A DNA stretch of 64,000 nt from an uncultured Candidatus Woesearchaeota archaeon (lineage in GTDB: Archaea > Nanobdellota > Nanobdellia > Woesearchaeales > DSVV01), in contig OY970338.1 in NCBI GenBank assembly GCA_963717515.1, forward strand, positions 1,448,621 through 1,512,620, read 5' to 3'. A program made the position numbers and the translations under genes. Below, piece after piece: positions 10,413 to 20,663 of the stretch. Positions within the stretch are counted from its first letter, which is position 1. Each line of letters opens with the position of its first letter. The notes under the pieces are model-generated. The model did not search any database, was not told the DNA's origin, and saw nothing but the letters and a program-made list of their open reading frames with translations.

Positions 10413-11792
10413 TCACTCAACTGTGCTGCCCTCTTTTACCCTCTCCCTGTACTTCCTTCTCATATCTTTCTGCTCATCTGTGAGCTTCTGCCTGCCTTTA
10501 TTGTCATTGCCCTGCGCAATCCTTGCTTTGAGCACAGCATAGTTTACAGGATTCTTGATCCTCGGGCAGAAATTGTCAGGGGTGCAGACACCGAAGTTCT
10601 TGTAGTATGACAGGTTGTCACAGTTCGGAGGAAGGACCTTCTGCTTCTGCATCCTCCTGTACCTGACCTGGCCCCTGATATTGACCTCCCTGAGCTGTTC
10701 CCTGTTCCTCTTGTTCCATTCATGCAGGAGCTCGTCAATCCTGTCGTAATCATAGCCGGTGTTCGAGAAGAAATTGATTAGTATGAACATCGAGCGCTTC
10801 CTCCCGTCCTCGATTCCTTTAAGGATGTTGTGTATGCAGGGCGGGAAGAAATCAGCAGGGATGGCAGAGGTGAGCTCCTCGAACTCCTTATCATAATCCC
10901 TCTTTGGCCTGTCGTCTGTTTGCGGTATTGAAAAGTCGAATGCCTGCAGGATCAGGTCCCTTGCCTCATTCTCTTTGGTTCCTGAAGTGTCGAGGAACCT
11001 GAAACTGGAGACCTTGACATCATCAGGCTCAGCCATCTGCTTGTCGAATTCCATGACCCTGTCGGGATCAATCGGTATCGAGCACAACCCTGATTTCTCA
11101 TGCAGTGAATACGGCATCCTATAGAGGTGGCGGGAAGATATGAGCAGTGTGTCAATATCGATTATCGAAAAAGGGTCGAACTTGCTGTTCTTTATTATCT
11201 CATCGAATCTCCTGCCTGTCGTCTTCATTATGTCATCGACAGAGTTAGTCTTCAGAATCTCTTCTGAAAGCCGTTCCCTGATGAATTCATTCAGGTAAAG
11301 TGCGATTCGTTTTGCGCCTTCAGGGAAAAACAGCCTCGTGTCCTTCCCATGCAGCTTGACAGGGAATGCCTGGTATGGCACTGCGATATGGAAACCCTTG
11401 TTGCCGGAGAACTTGCATGAGATAGACCTGATGCCATGGTGCCTGAGGGCCTGGATGAGCATCTTTGCAGTGAGCTTGGAATATTCCCAGAAATAGCAGT
11501 CGATGTCAAGAACCAGATCCCAGCCTGTCCTGAGCGCGTCAAGCTCATCAGTCCTGAGCTCAGGGCTGAGGCTCAATGCATTCGACCAGTGCTCTTCTGA
11601 TACATGGAATGATGTCGCACGCTGCTTTGCGAACTCTATGATGTCCTTCGGATAAGTGAGTGTGTCGGGGCGTTTGCCGAAACCTTTGTCCCCATACTTC
11701 ACAGCGACTTCCCTGTCTCTTGCACACCTCACAATCTCCTCCTGGATATCCAGGCGCTTGTAGTGCCTGAGCACTGTGCCTATGTCAATCAT
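10413..11792 (-). CDS. priSL: Fused DNA primase (PriS catalytic domain plus PriL Fe-S domain)
   Basis: WDLVLDID, FSGNKGFHI, RMPYSLH, then PPCI, PPNC, C-x5-C...KNP. Confidence 0.92.
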   Translation of the reverse strand: MIDIGTVLRHYKRLDIQEEIVRCARDREVAVKYGDKGFGKRPDTLTYPKDIIEFAKQRATSFHVSEEHWSNALSLSPELRTDELDALRTGWDLVLDIDCYFWEYSKLTAKMLIQALRHHGIRSISCKFSGNKGFHIAVPYQAFPVKLHGKDTRLFFPEGAKRIALYLNEFIRERLSEEILKTNSVDDIMKTTGRRFDEIIKNSKFDPFSIIDIDTLLISSRHLYRMPYSLHEKSGLCSIPIDPDRVMEFDKQMAEPDDVKVSSFRFLDTSGTKENEARDLILQAFDFSIPQTDDRPKRDYDKEFEELTSAIPADFFPPCIHNILKGIEDGRKRSMFILINFFSNTGYDYDRIDELLHEWNKRNREQLREVNIRGQVRYRRMQKQKVLPPNCDNLSYYKNFGVCTPDNFCPRIKNPVNYAVLKARIAQGNDNKGRQKLTDEQKDMRRKYRERVKEGSTVE

Positions 11793-11884
11793 AGATGAGA
11801 GGAATCAGATATAGCTTTTAATGTTTTTCTTTAGGGACCACTGGCTAGTCATCCAAAGAATTTATATATTTTTACTGACAGGTA

Positions 11885-13111
11885 TTGATTATGGGTATTT
11901 TTGACAGCTTCAAAGACACCATACAGCTCCTCAAGAACACTTTTGTTGTCATCGGGAAGAATCCTGCAATATTCCGGCCGACCATCACCCAGATAATAAT
12001 CTTTTCTGTTTTCTATGTCCTTTTGCTTGCCTGCGTCTTTGCATTCTATCTTGCATCTGGCCTGTTTATCCTGGTAGCTCTTCTCCTAGCCCTTTTTTCA
12101 ATATTTATCATAGTCCCGTTATTCCCATACATCAAAGTATATTACAATGCTGCGCAGTGCTGGATTGTCTACAATACATTCATCGGCCACAACATCTCTT
12201 ATCAGGATGGCCTGAAGAGGGCGAATGAGAACAAGATGGACATTTTCATCATCGGGACGCTAGACATAGTCCTGACCTGGATTGCAAACAAGCTCAAAGA
12301 GGGAGCCCGCAAGGGCGGAGTCTGGATGGTCGTTGGTTTCATCCTCAGGGCGCTTGCCAAGGGCATTGAAGAGGGCTGGGACCTCATAGGCCATTATCTC
12401 CTCCCGGCTTCGATAATCCAGGACAAGTCAGTAAGAGAGGTACTGCCTGAGATAAAAAACATCAAGAATAACGTGCCGGGGGCTCTAGTCGGGGTGTTTG
12501 GGATCGATTTTGCCGGTAACTTCATAATGGGATATATTTCCTTGTTTTTTGTCCTTCTATTTTTTGCAGCTGCCGGGCTGACTTACGTGGTCGGCTCTTC
12601 TGTCCCAATCGTTGCTGTCCTGATATTAGTCATAGGATTGAATGTCATCTTAAGGATATTTGTCGACATGGTCAAGACAGTGTATTTCACAGTATTCTAT
12701 GTCGCCCTTACGATGCCGATGAGCATCCCTGAGCAATACAGGCCGGATGTGACAAATTATCTTCTCTTCAAGGGGGTCCAGAAACCTGCTGGCAAGTCTG
12801 CTGCACAATTTCCTACGTCTGCCTATCAGCACCAACAGCCGAGAGCAGAGGTATCATCTCACCAACCAGGTGCAGTCGGAAATCCATTTCCTCAGCATCC
12901 TGGCAATCATGATTATCAGGGTGCTGTTGTCCAGCCAGCACCGCAGGAGGGTGATATGGCATCACAACAGATTGATCCCGCAGCTGTAAAGCTGCTGAGC
13001 TATATAAAGGCTTACAGGGAACAGGGCCATCCTGACGAGCAGATACTGAGATTTCTCATCCAGCACAACTGGCCTGAAGACATCGTGAGGAAGGCGCTGG
13101 AATACAGATGA
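11885..13111 (+). CDS. Membrane protein with P/Q-rich linker and short C-terminal helical domain
   Basis: Several TM segments; QPAPQ-rich linker; tail YIKAYREQGHPDEQILRFLIQHNWPEDIV. Confidence 0.7.
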   Translation: MIMGIFDSFKDTIQLLKNTFVVIGKNPAIFRPTITQIIIFSVFYVLLLACVFAFYLASGLFILVALLLALFSIFIIVPLFPYIKVYYNAAQCWIVYNTFIGHNISYQDGLKRANENKMDIFIIGTLDIVLTWIANKLKEGARKGGVWMVVGFILRALAKGIEEGWDLIGHYLLPASIIQDKSVREVLPEIKNIKNNVPGALVGVFGIDFAGNFIMGYISLFFVLLFFAAAGLTYVVGSSVPIVAVLILVIGLNVILRIFVDMVKTVYFTVFYVALTMPMSIPEQYRPDVTNYLLFKGVQKPAGKSAAQFPTSAYQHQQPRAEVSSHQPGAVGNPFPQHPGNHDYQGAVVQPAPQEGDMASQQIDPAAVKLLSYIKAYREQGHPDEQILRFLIQHNWPEDIVRKALEYR

Positions 13112-13165
13112 TTATAATATGATTTCTCACGTAGTTCTTGTTTTTGAAAACCTATAAAAGGAGAT

Positions 13166-13570
13166 ATGCATTCTCAGCCTGATATGAGAAGGCAAAAGGT
13201 TTCTGTTGACATGATAATCAGATACAAAGGGGGCATCGTCTTAGTGAAGAGGAAGAATGAGCCTGTGGGCTGGGCGCTTCCGGGCGGTCATGTGGAACTT
13301 GATGAGACCCTCGAGGCTGCTGCTGTCAGAGAGGCAAAAGAAGAGACGAATCTTGATATAAGCCTCATAAGGCAGTTCCATACATATTCTGACCCGGAAA
13401 GGGACATGAGAAACCATGTCATAACAACTGTGTTCATTGCAGAGGGCAAAGGAGAGCTCAGGGCCGGGGACGATGCAGCAGAGGCAAAAGTCTTCGATGT
13501 GGATGGGCATCCCAGGCTTGAATTCGACCATGGGAAAATCCTGATGGATTACCAGAACGAGGAGTATTGA
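13166..13570 (+). CDS. NUDIX hydrolase (ADP-ribose pyrophosphatase-like)
   Basis: [26 protein letters not shown]; AGDDA; FDH. Confidence 0.93.
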   Translation: MHSQPDMRRQKVSVDMIIRYKGGIVLVKRKNEPVGWALPGGHVELDETLEAAAVREAKEETNLDISLIRQFHTYSDPERDMRNHVITTVFIAEGKGELRAGDDAAEAKVFDVDGHPRLEFDHGKILMDYQNEEY

Positions 13571-13917
13571 GGATGAAGGATATCGATGAATGGCTGAAAG
13601 GAATGCGCAGCACCGAGAAGACAATCATAGTCGAAGGACCGAAGGACAGGGATGCACTGGAATATTTCGGGATAAAAAATATAGTCATGCTCAGCAGAAA
13701 GCCGCTTTTTGAGATAATTGAGGATGTTGCTGCAAGCAGCCGGGAGGCAATAATCCTGACTGATTTCGACAGGAAAGGCAGGGAGCTCTACGGGAAGCTG
13801 TCCTCCGGCCTGCAGAGGCTCGGCGTGGAAGTGGACAACAAATTCCGGGAGTACCTGCAAAGGACCCGCCTGAGCCATGTCCAGGGATTGGTAGGGTTCG
13901 TTTCAAACAATAATTGA
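13567..13917 (+). CDS. Small TOPRIM-domain protein
   Basis: IIVEGPKD and ILTDFDRKG motifs. Confidence 0.9.
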   Translation: MRMKDIDEWLKGMRSTEKTIIVEGPKDRDALEYFGIKNIVMLSRKPLFEIIEDVAASSREAIILTDFDRKGRELYGKLSSGLQRLGVEVDNKFREYLQRTRLSHVQGLVGFVSNNN

Positions 13918-14001
13918 ATCATAAAGGAAAGTTTTATAATGAAAGGTATATATCAGACATCATCAGATAGATATTTCAAAAACATATGCGAGGTGGATCT
14001 C

Positions 14002-14034
14002 ATGGGCGGTGGATGCTGTGGCGGAAAGAAATGA
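14002..14034 (+). CDS. Candidate 10-aa micropeptide MGGGCCGGKK
   Basis: GAGGTG SD at 13990-13995, ATG..TGA, AT-rich promoter-like region upstream, T-tracts downstream. Confidence 0.5.
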   Translation: MGGGCCGGKK

Positions 14035-14121
14035 TCAAGTAAATACCATTTTTCAATTTTTTTTTAAGGCTTCTTCTTATTTTGGAAGATAAACAGCAAA
14101 ATTTTTATAATATGATTCTAA

Positions 14122-16110
14122 TTGAATATATCTAAAATGAGGTGCGCCTTAATATTCTTTGCATTATTGCTTGTATTTGCCAGCTCTGCATATGCAGGGA
14201 ATATGACGATAACTGCAGCCGAGGGAAACGGCAAGGACAAGTACTGCATAGGACCATGCTTCAACACTGATGAGCTTGTGTTCTCAGACAATGCCACAGG
14301 CAGGGTCTATATAAAATTCGACCTGTCGGCCGTCCCAGCCGATGCTCAGGTGAAAAACGCCTATCTCCTGTTCAGGTACAAGGGTAATTCATCAACAGAC
14401 TCTGATTTTGCCAAGGTATACCCAGTGCACGGGGGCTGGCAGGAGGATGACAGCCAGCAGCCTGGCTATGGCCAGCTTGTCGGCAGCATGGAAAATATCG
14501 ATTGCGGAAAGGTATGCAGAAATGAGTCTGGCTGGTTCGGCACCAGCGGATATGGCCTTATATACATACTCAACCAGTTCCTCACAGGGACCAATGACGG
14601 GCTGGTCATCACGGATGCGACCGGCAATTTCAGAGCGTATTCATCTGAAGTCAATCAGGACGAGCCCTTCCTCTATATTGAATACGAGGCAGGCTGCTAT
14701 GACCTGGATAATGACGGGTTCGGAATAGGGGACTGCCTAGGGGGGATAGACTGCAATGACTCAGATCCTGGCGTGAACCCGAATGCGACCGAGGTATGCA
14801 ATTTCCTCGATGATGACTGCAACGGCCAAGTCGATGACTCAGGCCATGATTGTGTCTCTTGCAGTGATGCAGGTGGATTCCAATGCAACCAGAGCGAGTA
14901 CTGCACAGATGCATACCTTGATGTCCTGGACTCATCTTCGTGCTGTCCTGAGAAATGCAGTGACACTTGTTCAGAAGGCCAGACCAGGACATGCGGAAGT
15001 GATGAAGGCGAATGCGTGTCGGGTTACTCTGTCTGCCACAAGAACTTATGGAGCGAATGCATAGACGAGGTACTGCCATCAGAGGAGACCTGCAATGACA
15101 AGGATGATGACTGCAACGGAATCATCGACGACATTTCGAATCATGCAGCCTGCGGTTGCTTCAATGGCAGCTTGCCAACGAGAGAAGTATATGACAAGAC
15201 AGACAATGACTGTGACGGGAAGATTGATGAGAACACGACCTGCCTAAGCAGGGGAGGGAGCGAATGCGCAGCCGATGAGGCATGCCCGGGCATAATGCTT
15301 AACGGCACTGAGGTTTCTGTGTGCTGTTCCCAGACATGCTCAAGAGATTGCACAGAAGGCGAATCAAAGTCCTGCGGAATCTCAGAAGGTGCATGCCAGA
15401 CAGGGTTGATGAACTGCATAAATGGGCTTTGGGGGGAATGCACCGGCTCTGTTGGTCCTGTCTCAGAGATATGCAACAGGATCGATGATGATTGCAACGG
15501 CATCATCGATGATGTGGGGGACGTCTCTACATGCAGGTGTTTTAGGGATAAAGAGCCTGTCGGTGAATTATGCAATGAGATCGATGATAACTGCGACGGC
15601 CAGATTGACGAGGGATGCACATTCATATATGATGCCTGCAGTGACGGAAGGATGGATTTCGATGAGAACGGTACAGACTGCGGTGGTTCATGCGGGCCTT
15701 GTGAAACAGACCAGGATGATGGTGCGATGCTGGGTTCTGATAACATGACAGGATACAATCAAAACATTCCATATGAATCAGCTAGAGAAGGAGCTGGAAT
15801 TGAGAATAACCATGTTGATTCAGGGAGCAGCTCATCAGGGGCCAGGGTCTTTCTGTATCTCTTGATACCACTTGCAGCCATCATCATAGGGCTGGTCCTG
15901 TATCTGACACTGTTCCAGGGCAGAAAGAAACCCGACAATAATATCGGCGGGGGCATTGACAGGGGTGAGATATTCTATCCTGGCAGTCCGCCTCCTTCCC
16001 AACCAACACCTCAGGCCAGGGTAAACAGGTATGAGTCGCTTCTAAAGGATTCAGAGCGCAAAGGCAGTTCTGCTGAAGAGCTAAAGAACAGGATAAATGA
16101 GAAATTCTAA
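14122..16110 (+). CDS. Surface protein with signal peptide, DNRLRE-like domain, Cys/Asp MopE-type repeats and C-terminal TM
   Basis: YIKFDLS; repeated ExCNxxDDDCNGxxD; DENGTDCGGSC; C-terminal hydrophobic helix. Confidence 0.8.
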   Translation: MNISKMRCALIFFALLLVFASSAYAGNMTITAAEGNGKDKYCIGPCFNTDELVFSDNATGRVYIKFDLSAVPADAQVKNAYLLFRYKGNSSTDSDFAKVYPVHGGWQEDDSQQPGYGQLVGSMENIDCGKVCRNESGWFGTSGYGLIYILNQFLTGTNDGLVITDATGNFRAYSSEVNQDEPFLYIEYEAGCYDLDNDGFGIGDCLGGIDCNDSDPGVNPNATEVCNFLDDDCNGQVDDSGHDCVSCSDAGGFQCNQSEYCTDAYLDVLDSSSCCPEKCSDTCSEGQTRTCGSDEGECVSGYSVCHKNLWSECIDEVLPSEETCNDKDDDCNGIIDDISNHAACGCFNGSLPTREVYDKTDNDCDGKIDENTTCLSRGGSECAADEACPGIMLNGTEVSVCCSQTCSRDCTEGESKSCGISEGACQTGLMNCINGLWGECTGSVGPVSEICNRIDDDCNGIIDDVGDVSTCRCFRDKEPVGELCNEIDDNCDGQIDEGCTFIYDACSDGRMDFDENGTDCGGSCGPCETDQDDGAMLGSDNMTGYNQNIPYESAREGAGIENNHVDSGSSSSGARVFLYLLIPLAAIIIGLVLYLTLFQGRKKPDNNIGGGIDRGEIFYPGSPPPSQPTPQARVNRYESLLKDSERKGSSAEELKNRINEKF

Positions 16111-16180
16111 AATTTTCCGGTGAATATGATAAACTTTTTATATACTGTCTGATAATTAAGCTATTGGTGAGGGTATACTG

Positions 16181-16561
16181 TTGATGAGAGGGAAAATTGC
16201 TGCCGGCATGGGTATCACCAGCATGATACTTCTAATTTGCCTGATTTTGATAGGGGCGATAGTCGCTTATGTCCTGATACAAAACCAGGACCAGCAACAG
16301 GAGGACAGCCTCAACACAGCCAATGCGGCGAAACGGGAAGTGACGACTCAGATCCAGCTTTTAGACCTCTCGGCGACAGACGGAAGGGATGGGAGCCTTG
16401 ATGAATTCCGTTATTCTATCCGGCTTAAGCCTGGAGCAGATGCAATCAAGCTTTCTGATGTCGTCCTGTACATGAACACTTACAATGATACCCTCAGGCT
16501 CGTATACAGGAAAGGAGGGACAAGAAGGGATGCTCAGAATGGATTCTTCACATACAGGTAA
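16181..16561 (+). CDS. Archaellin-like protein, N-terminal half
   Basis: GMGITSMILLICLILIGAIVAYVLIQ class-III-like helix; IRLKPGADAIKLSDV resembles the archaellin core; ends early at GFFTYR. Confidence 0.7.
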   Translation: MMRGKIAAGMGITSMILLICLILIGAIVAYVLIQNQDQQQEDSLNTANAAKREVTTQIQLLDLSATDGRDGSLDEFRYSIRLKPGADAIKLSDVVLYMNTYNDTLRLVYRKGGTRRDAQNGFFTYR

Positions 16562-16577
16562 TGCAGGGGAAACCGGG

Positions 16578-17585
16578 GTGACGGCAAATACATTCATCAT
16601 TATCGCAATAAGCCTCCTCATGCTTTCACTATTCACATCATCTGCCCATGCCAGTGAATATCATCAATGTGTGCACAGCTGTTACCAAGACAAAACATCG
16701 TGCTATTCTGACTGCTATACCTTGTATTGCGGAGGAGGATGCGGCTCTGATTATCTCAACTGCACAGACATCTGTGATGATGATTTCGACCTCTGCCATT
16801 CAGCATGCGGAGGGATTGATGAGGATAGCGACGGAATCAGTGATTTCAATGACAGCTTAATAGGGTCAGAGGATGATGTATCTGTTGAGGGCATGGGCAG
16901 CCTTGAAGTGTTTGTCGGCGGATACCAATCAAATGAAAGCAGTGCCTCGACTGTGACCGGTACACAGACTGTCACATTCATGGCAGACAATGAGACTGTG
17001 CTTGAGTTTGAGCAGGATTTCACAAATTCAAGCCTGAATCTTCTCGATGTGCATCTCAAGGAGCAGGAAGCCCACAACAGGCACGGGATAGTGGTGGGCG
17101 GGATAAATGGGACAACTGTCCCGACCAAGACAGTCTATCTTGAAAAACGGCTAGGCACAAGCTCCCTTTGCGTTAAGGATGCTGAGGTTGAGGATATCAA
17201 GGACATCTCTGATGGTTGCCAGGGCAAGGATGAGTATTTCTTCGGGAAATGCGAAGATGGCGAGACCTATGACGGCATCAAATGCAGTATCGTGAACAAT
17301 AAGTACAAGATAGAGGGGTTGAAGCATAGCGGGGCTGTTGAGATGAACATCTCAGGCATATATTCAGGCTTTTTCACAGTGAAATACCTGAACACTGCAA
17401 CAAATCATAAGGATGGATACTTAAATCCTGGTGAAGAGGTAGAGATATATTTCGAGTCTGCACGCCCTATCCTGGATGATGAGAGCCTGAAATTTGTCTT
17501 TGTCCCCCTATACGGGGGGCTGAGCGTCAACGAGATGTACACTCCACACACAATAAACCTATACAATGTCCATATCTACCCGTAG
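16578..17585 (+). CDS. Secreted Cys-rich protein ending in an archaellin C-terminal-like segment
   Basis: Probable GTG start (16485/16530 also possible); Sec signal ending AHA; Cx3C repeats; C-terminus GYLNPGEEVEIYF...VFVPLYGG...TP. Confidence 0.65.
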   Translation: MTANTFIIIAISLLMLSLFTSSAHASEYHQCVHSCYQDKTSCYSDCYTLYCGGGCGSDYLNCTDICDDDFDLCHSACGGIDEDSDGISDFNDSLIGSEDDVSVEGMGSLEVFVGGYQSNESSASTVTGTQTVTFMADNETVLEFEQDFTNSSLNLLDVHLKEQEAHNRHGIVVGGINGTTVPTKTVYLEKRLGTSSLCVKDAEVEDIKDISDGCQGKDEYFFGKCEDGETYDGIKCSIVNNKYKIEGLKHSGAVEMNISGIYSGFFTVKYLNTATNHKDGYLNPGEEVEIYFESARPILDDESLKFVFVPLYGGLSVNEMYTPHTINLYNVHIYP

Positions 17586-19777
17586 GTGCTATCGACGACA
17601 TCCCTTATCTTATTAGCCTTGACATCCCCAATGAGCTCGACAGCCTTGAGCTCATCCACTGAAGAATTGAGGATGTCTTTCACAGAACCGAATCTTAAAA
17701 GAAGCGGCCTTGCAAGTGCCGGCCCGACACCGGGCAGGGCCGAGATGAGGTATTCCTGCTGCTCTTTCAATGTAAGCGGCTTCTTCAGCCTGTGTGGAGA
17801 GAATTCCTTTCCATATTCTTCCTGCTCCCTTTTTGCAATGGCCAGGATCAGCCCTGCAGTGTCCTTGTAATTTTTTGTCTGGAGAATGGGGACTCCGAAG
17901 CTCACTGTGATAGTCGCAAGAAGGCCCCTTAGGGCATTGGGATGGATGTTTCTCACTGAATATAAATCCTGGTTGCCCTCGACAATTATCAGGGGCTTCT
18001 CGAAATTCTGCTTGAGCGCCCTTACCTGCTTGAGCAGCCTTCCATCAATAAGCGAATCCACAAAATCAGGGACTGTCTTGAATTCTATTCCACATCTCTG
18101 GCTGCAGATGTAGTCAGCGACCTCAAGCTGCCTGAGGTCTATCTCAGCCCCCATGTCTATGAGCTCTTTTATGACGCCTGAGGCTTTTTCCCGGTAATCA
18201 GCTGAGACCTTCACCCCTGAATCCTTTTCACGATATCTTGAGAGGTCTGCATTGACCTTTTTTGCTATCATTCCCTTCTTGAGGCTCTCGAGGGTCCTGT
18301 ACATCCTCTTCTCCTTATGGTGCGCTGTCCATTTGTAGGCCTCATCCCTTGTGCCTTTGGCCATGAGTATGAGCACCTCGCCCTTTTCCATCCTTGCAGT
18401 CCTGCCCCTCCTCTGGATATGCCTTATAGCTGACGGTATCGGTTCATAGAATATCACGCAGTCGACCTGGGGTATGTCAAGCCCTTCCTCGCCTACAGAG
18501 CTTGATACCAGCACATTGTAGACATTATCTTTGAACTTTCCAAGTATCTCAATCTGGTTCTTCTGCGAGAGTCCAGTGCCGTTCTTCTTTGCCTGGCCGA
18601 CAAAGAGGACAGGCCTCGAGTTTGCCACTTTTCCAAGCTCATCCACTATCTTGACGCCGGAATCCCTGTATTGCGTGAAGACAATAATCTTGTAACCCGG
18701 CTTTTTGAGCTTCTCAGAGGCCATCTTCCTGAGCTCATAAAGCTTTGGATGCTCAATGCCCTTATCGAACAGCGCCCTTGTCTTTATCAGGGCTGAGCGG
18801 AAATTGATGTCTCTCACGAGATTCTGCACAGCTTTGACTGAACTGGTCCTTGACTGCCTGTCGATGTCCTCAAGATACCTGCAGAGAGGATCTATCCCCT
18901 GAGTCTCAAGAAGCTCAATCGCATGCTGGACCTTCAGCGCCTCAGCTGCCAGCGAGACGGATCTCATCAGCAGAGGATCCCTATTGCCTGCCGCAATCTC
19001 TCCCTGCAGGGTTCCCTGCAGAGCCAAAAGGTCCCTCTTGCTCTTGCCGAATGCCTGGATCTCAGAGAGATAACCATTATTCTTTATATCCTTAAGCTTT
19101 GACAAAAAGCAGCTGTTTAGGTATTTCTGGATGCTCCTGAAATCCTCTGGAAGCTCAACCTTGACCCAGTTGATATTGAGCTGCTGGATGTATTCTGCAA
19201 CATCTGGGCTCAAGTCTGTCCTTATCTCAATCTCCTCCACATGGAGGTTCTTAATTACCTCGTTTATCTTCTCAAGCTCTGAGCCGGGAGATGCAGTGAG
19301 GCCGACAATCCTTGGATATCTTGCCTTCTTTTCATACTGTTTTGCGATGAAGACATAGCTATAGTCGCCGACAGCACGATGCGCCTCATCAACCCCGAGA
19401 AGTGAGACCTCCTCCAGGCTTATCTTGTTCCCTATTATGTCATTCTCAAGCCCCTGGGGTGTCGAGAAGATGATTGCTGACTTTTTCCAGAGCTCCTGAC
19501 GCTTTTCAGGCTTGACAAGACCCGTGAAGATAGCCATCTTGTCCTTATCTATCTCAAAATGCTTCTCAAAGACCCTGAAGTACTGATCAATGAGCGGCCT
19601 GGTCGGGCCGATTAGGAGAATCTTGGAATTTGGATATTGTGTCAGCCTGTGGGCTGCAAGCATGAGGAATATGTTAGTCTTTCCCATGCCTGTGGGAAGA
19701 ACAACCAATGTATTTGCCCTGCTTGCTGTAGCAAATATGGTCTCCTGGTACAACCTCGGCTTAAAATTTTTAATCAA
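17576..19777 (-). CDS. hef: Hef helicase/ERCC4 nuclease
   Basis: PRLYQ, LPTGMGKT, DEAHRAVG, GLTASPG, EEGLDIP, QRRGRTAR; ERCC4 domain (ADY..EFKT); HhH LPGVG. Confidence 0.96.
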   Translation of the reverse strand: MIKNFKPRLYQETIFATASRANTLVVLPTGMGKTNIFLMLAAHRLTQYPNSKILLIGPTRPLIDQYFRVFEKHFEIDKDKMAIFTGLVKPEKRQELWKKSAIIFSTPQGLENDIIGNKISLEEVSLLGVDEAHRAVGDYSYVFIAKQYEKKARYPRIVGLTASPGSELEKINEVIKNLHVEEIEIRTDLSPDVAEYIQQLNINWVKVELPEDFRSIQKYLNSCFLSKLKDIKNNGYLSEIQAFGKSKRDLLALQGTLQGEIAAGNRDPLLMRSVSLAAEALKVQHAIELLETQGIDPLCRYLEDIDRQSRTSSVKAVQNLVRDINFRSALIKTRALFDKGIEHPKLYELRKMASEKLKKPGYKIIVFTQYRDSGVKIVDELGKVANSRPVLFVGQAKKNGTGLSQKNQIEILGKFKDNVYNVLVSSSVGEEGLDIPQVDCVIFYEPIPSAIRHIQRRGRTARMEKGEVLILMAKGTRDEAYKWTAHHKEKRMYRTLESLKKGMIAKKVNADLSRYREKDSGVKVSADYREKASGVIKELIDMGAEIDLRQLEVADYICSQRCGIEFKTVPDFVDSLIDGRLLKQVRALKQNFEKPLIIVEGNQDLYSVRNIHPNALRGLLATITVSFGVPILQTKNYKDTAGLILAIAKREQEEYGKEFSPHRLKKPLTLKEQQEYLISALPGVGPALARPLLLRFGSVKDILNSSVDELKAVELIGDVKANKIRDVVDSTYG

Positions 19778-19921
19778 TTTATTGCCTAGTATGCAATCTT
19801 GCTTTATAAGGTTTGCTGGAGGTTGTCTAGTGGCCAGTGCTTGTCGATATCCAGGACTTTTTGAAAATATACCATCTTCAGAAAAATTGCTTCAATTTAT
19901 TATTTTACATGTAAACTTTAT

Positions 19922-19955
19922 TTCAGGATAAATTACATGACATTTTTATCCTGAA
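19922..19955. promoter_or_regulatory. Palindromic operator-like site, copy 1
   Basis: TTCAGGATAAA-N12-TTTATCCTGAA perfect inverted repeat just upstream of an AT-rich TATA-like tract. Confidence 0.55.
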
Positions 19956-20110
19956 GCAATAGATATATTTATAACATCTAAATTATAGAATATATCAAAA
20001 AAGAAGAAGGAAATTTTTGCTAATTATTCATAAAACCATTCCAACCTTAACTAATCACGCGTGGTAATCAGGCATCAGAATCATTAATCCATCTTCATCC
20101 GAAGGCAAGC

Positions 20111-20512
20111 ATGAGACCCATCATAAAATTTTTGATTGCAGTAATCCTGGTGGTCTTGCTATTTGAAATTGTCGTCCTATTCAGGAGCAGGCATAGCGAT
20201 AGTATGGGCACTGGCTTTGTCAGTTATGAAAAAACTGCTGTCGGAAATTTCAATCTGCTCTTTGTCTCTGAAAATGATACTACATCGGTCAACATGACTG
20301 AAGTCTGCCTGATTGACAATACTGCAGAGGACGTGAACACATCCTCCTGCACCTTCATCGATGAATTCATAAGCAGTAACTGCAGAGATTTAGATTCACG
20401 GCTTTGCATTGTTCAGGATAAATACTGCTGCTGCCCAGGACATCTGTTCATATCGGATTCCAACACTTCACTCGTATTCTTTTGCGATTCACCAATAGAT
20501 ATCGTTGGGTGA
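20111..20512 (+). CDS. Small secreted/anchored Cys-containing hypothetical protein
   Basis: N-terminal hydrophobic helix, TGF motif, 8 Cys. Confidence 0.6.
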   Translation: MRPIIKFLIAVILVVLLFEIVVLFRSRHSDSMGTGFVSYEKTAVGNFNLLFVSENDTTSVNMTEVCLIDNTAEDVNTSSCTFIDEFISSNCRDLDSRLCIVQDKYCCCPGHLFISDSNTSLVFFCDSPIDIVG

Positions 20513-20629
20513 ATAGGGTTGTCGCTGGCATAGCAGGGCTGTTCGCACTTTATGTCTGTACCAAACAAGATGTTGATAAGGATGTCAAGATTCTTTATTT
20601 GGAATCCAATATGTTTTTAATTAATCTAT

Positions 20630-20663
20630 TTCAGGATAAATATTCACAAAAATTTATCCCAAA
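20630..20663. promoter_or_regulatory. Palindromic operator-like site, copy 2
   Basis: TTCAGGATAAA-N12-TTTATCCCAAA; same half-site and spacer length as 19922. Confidence 0.5.

Noticed and set aside
11502-11515. 14-nt match (GATGTCAAGAACCA) between the primase gene and the 24.8-kb element
   Set aside because: Plausible by chance at this search size
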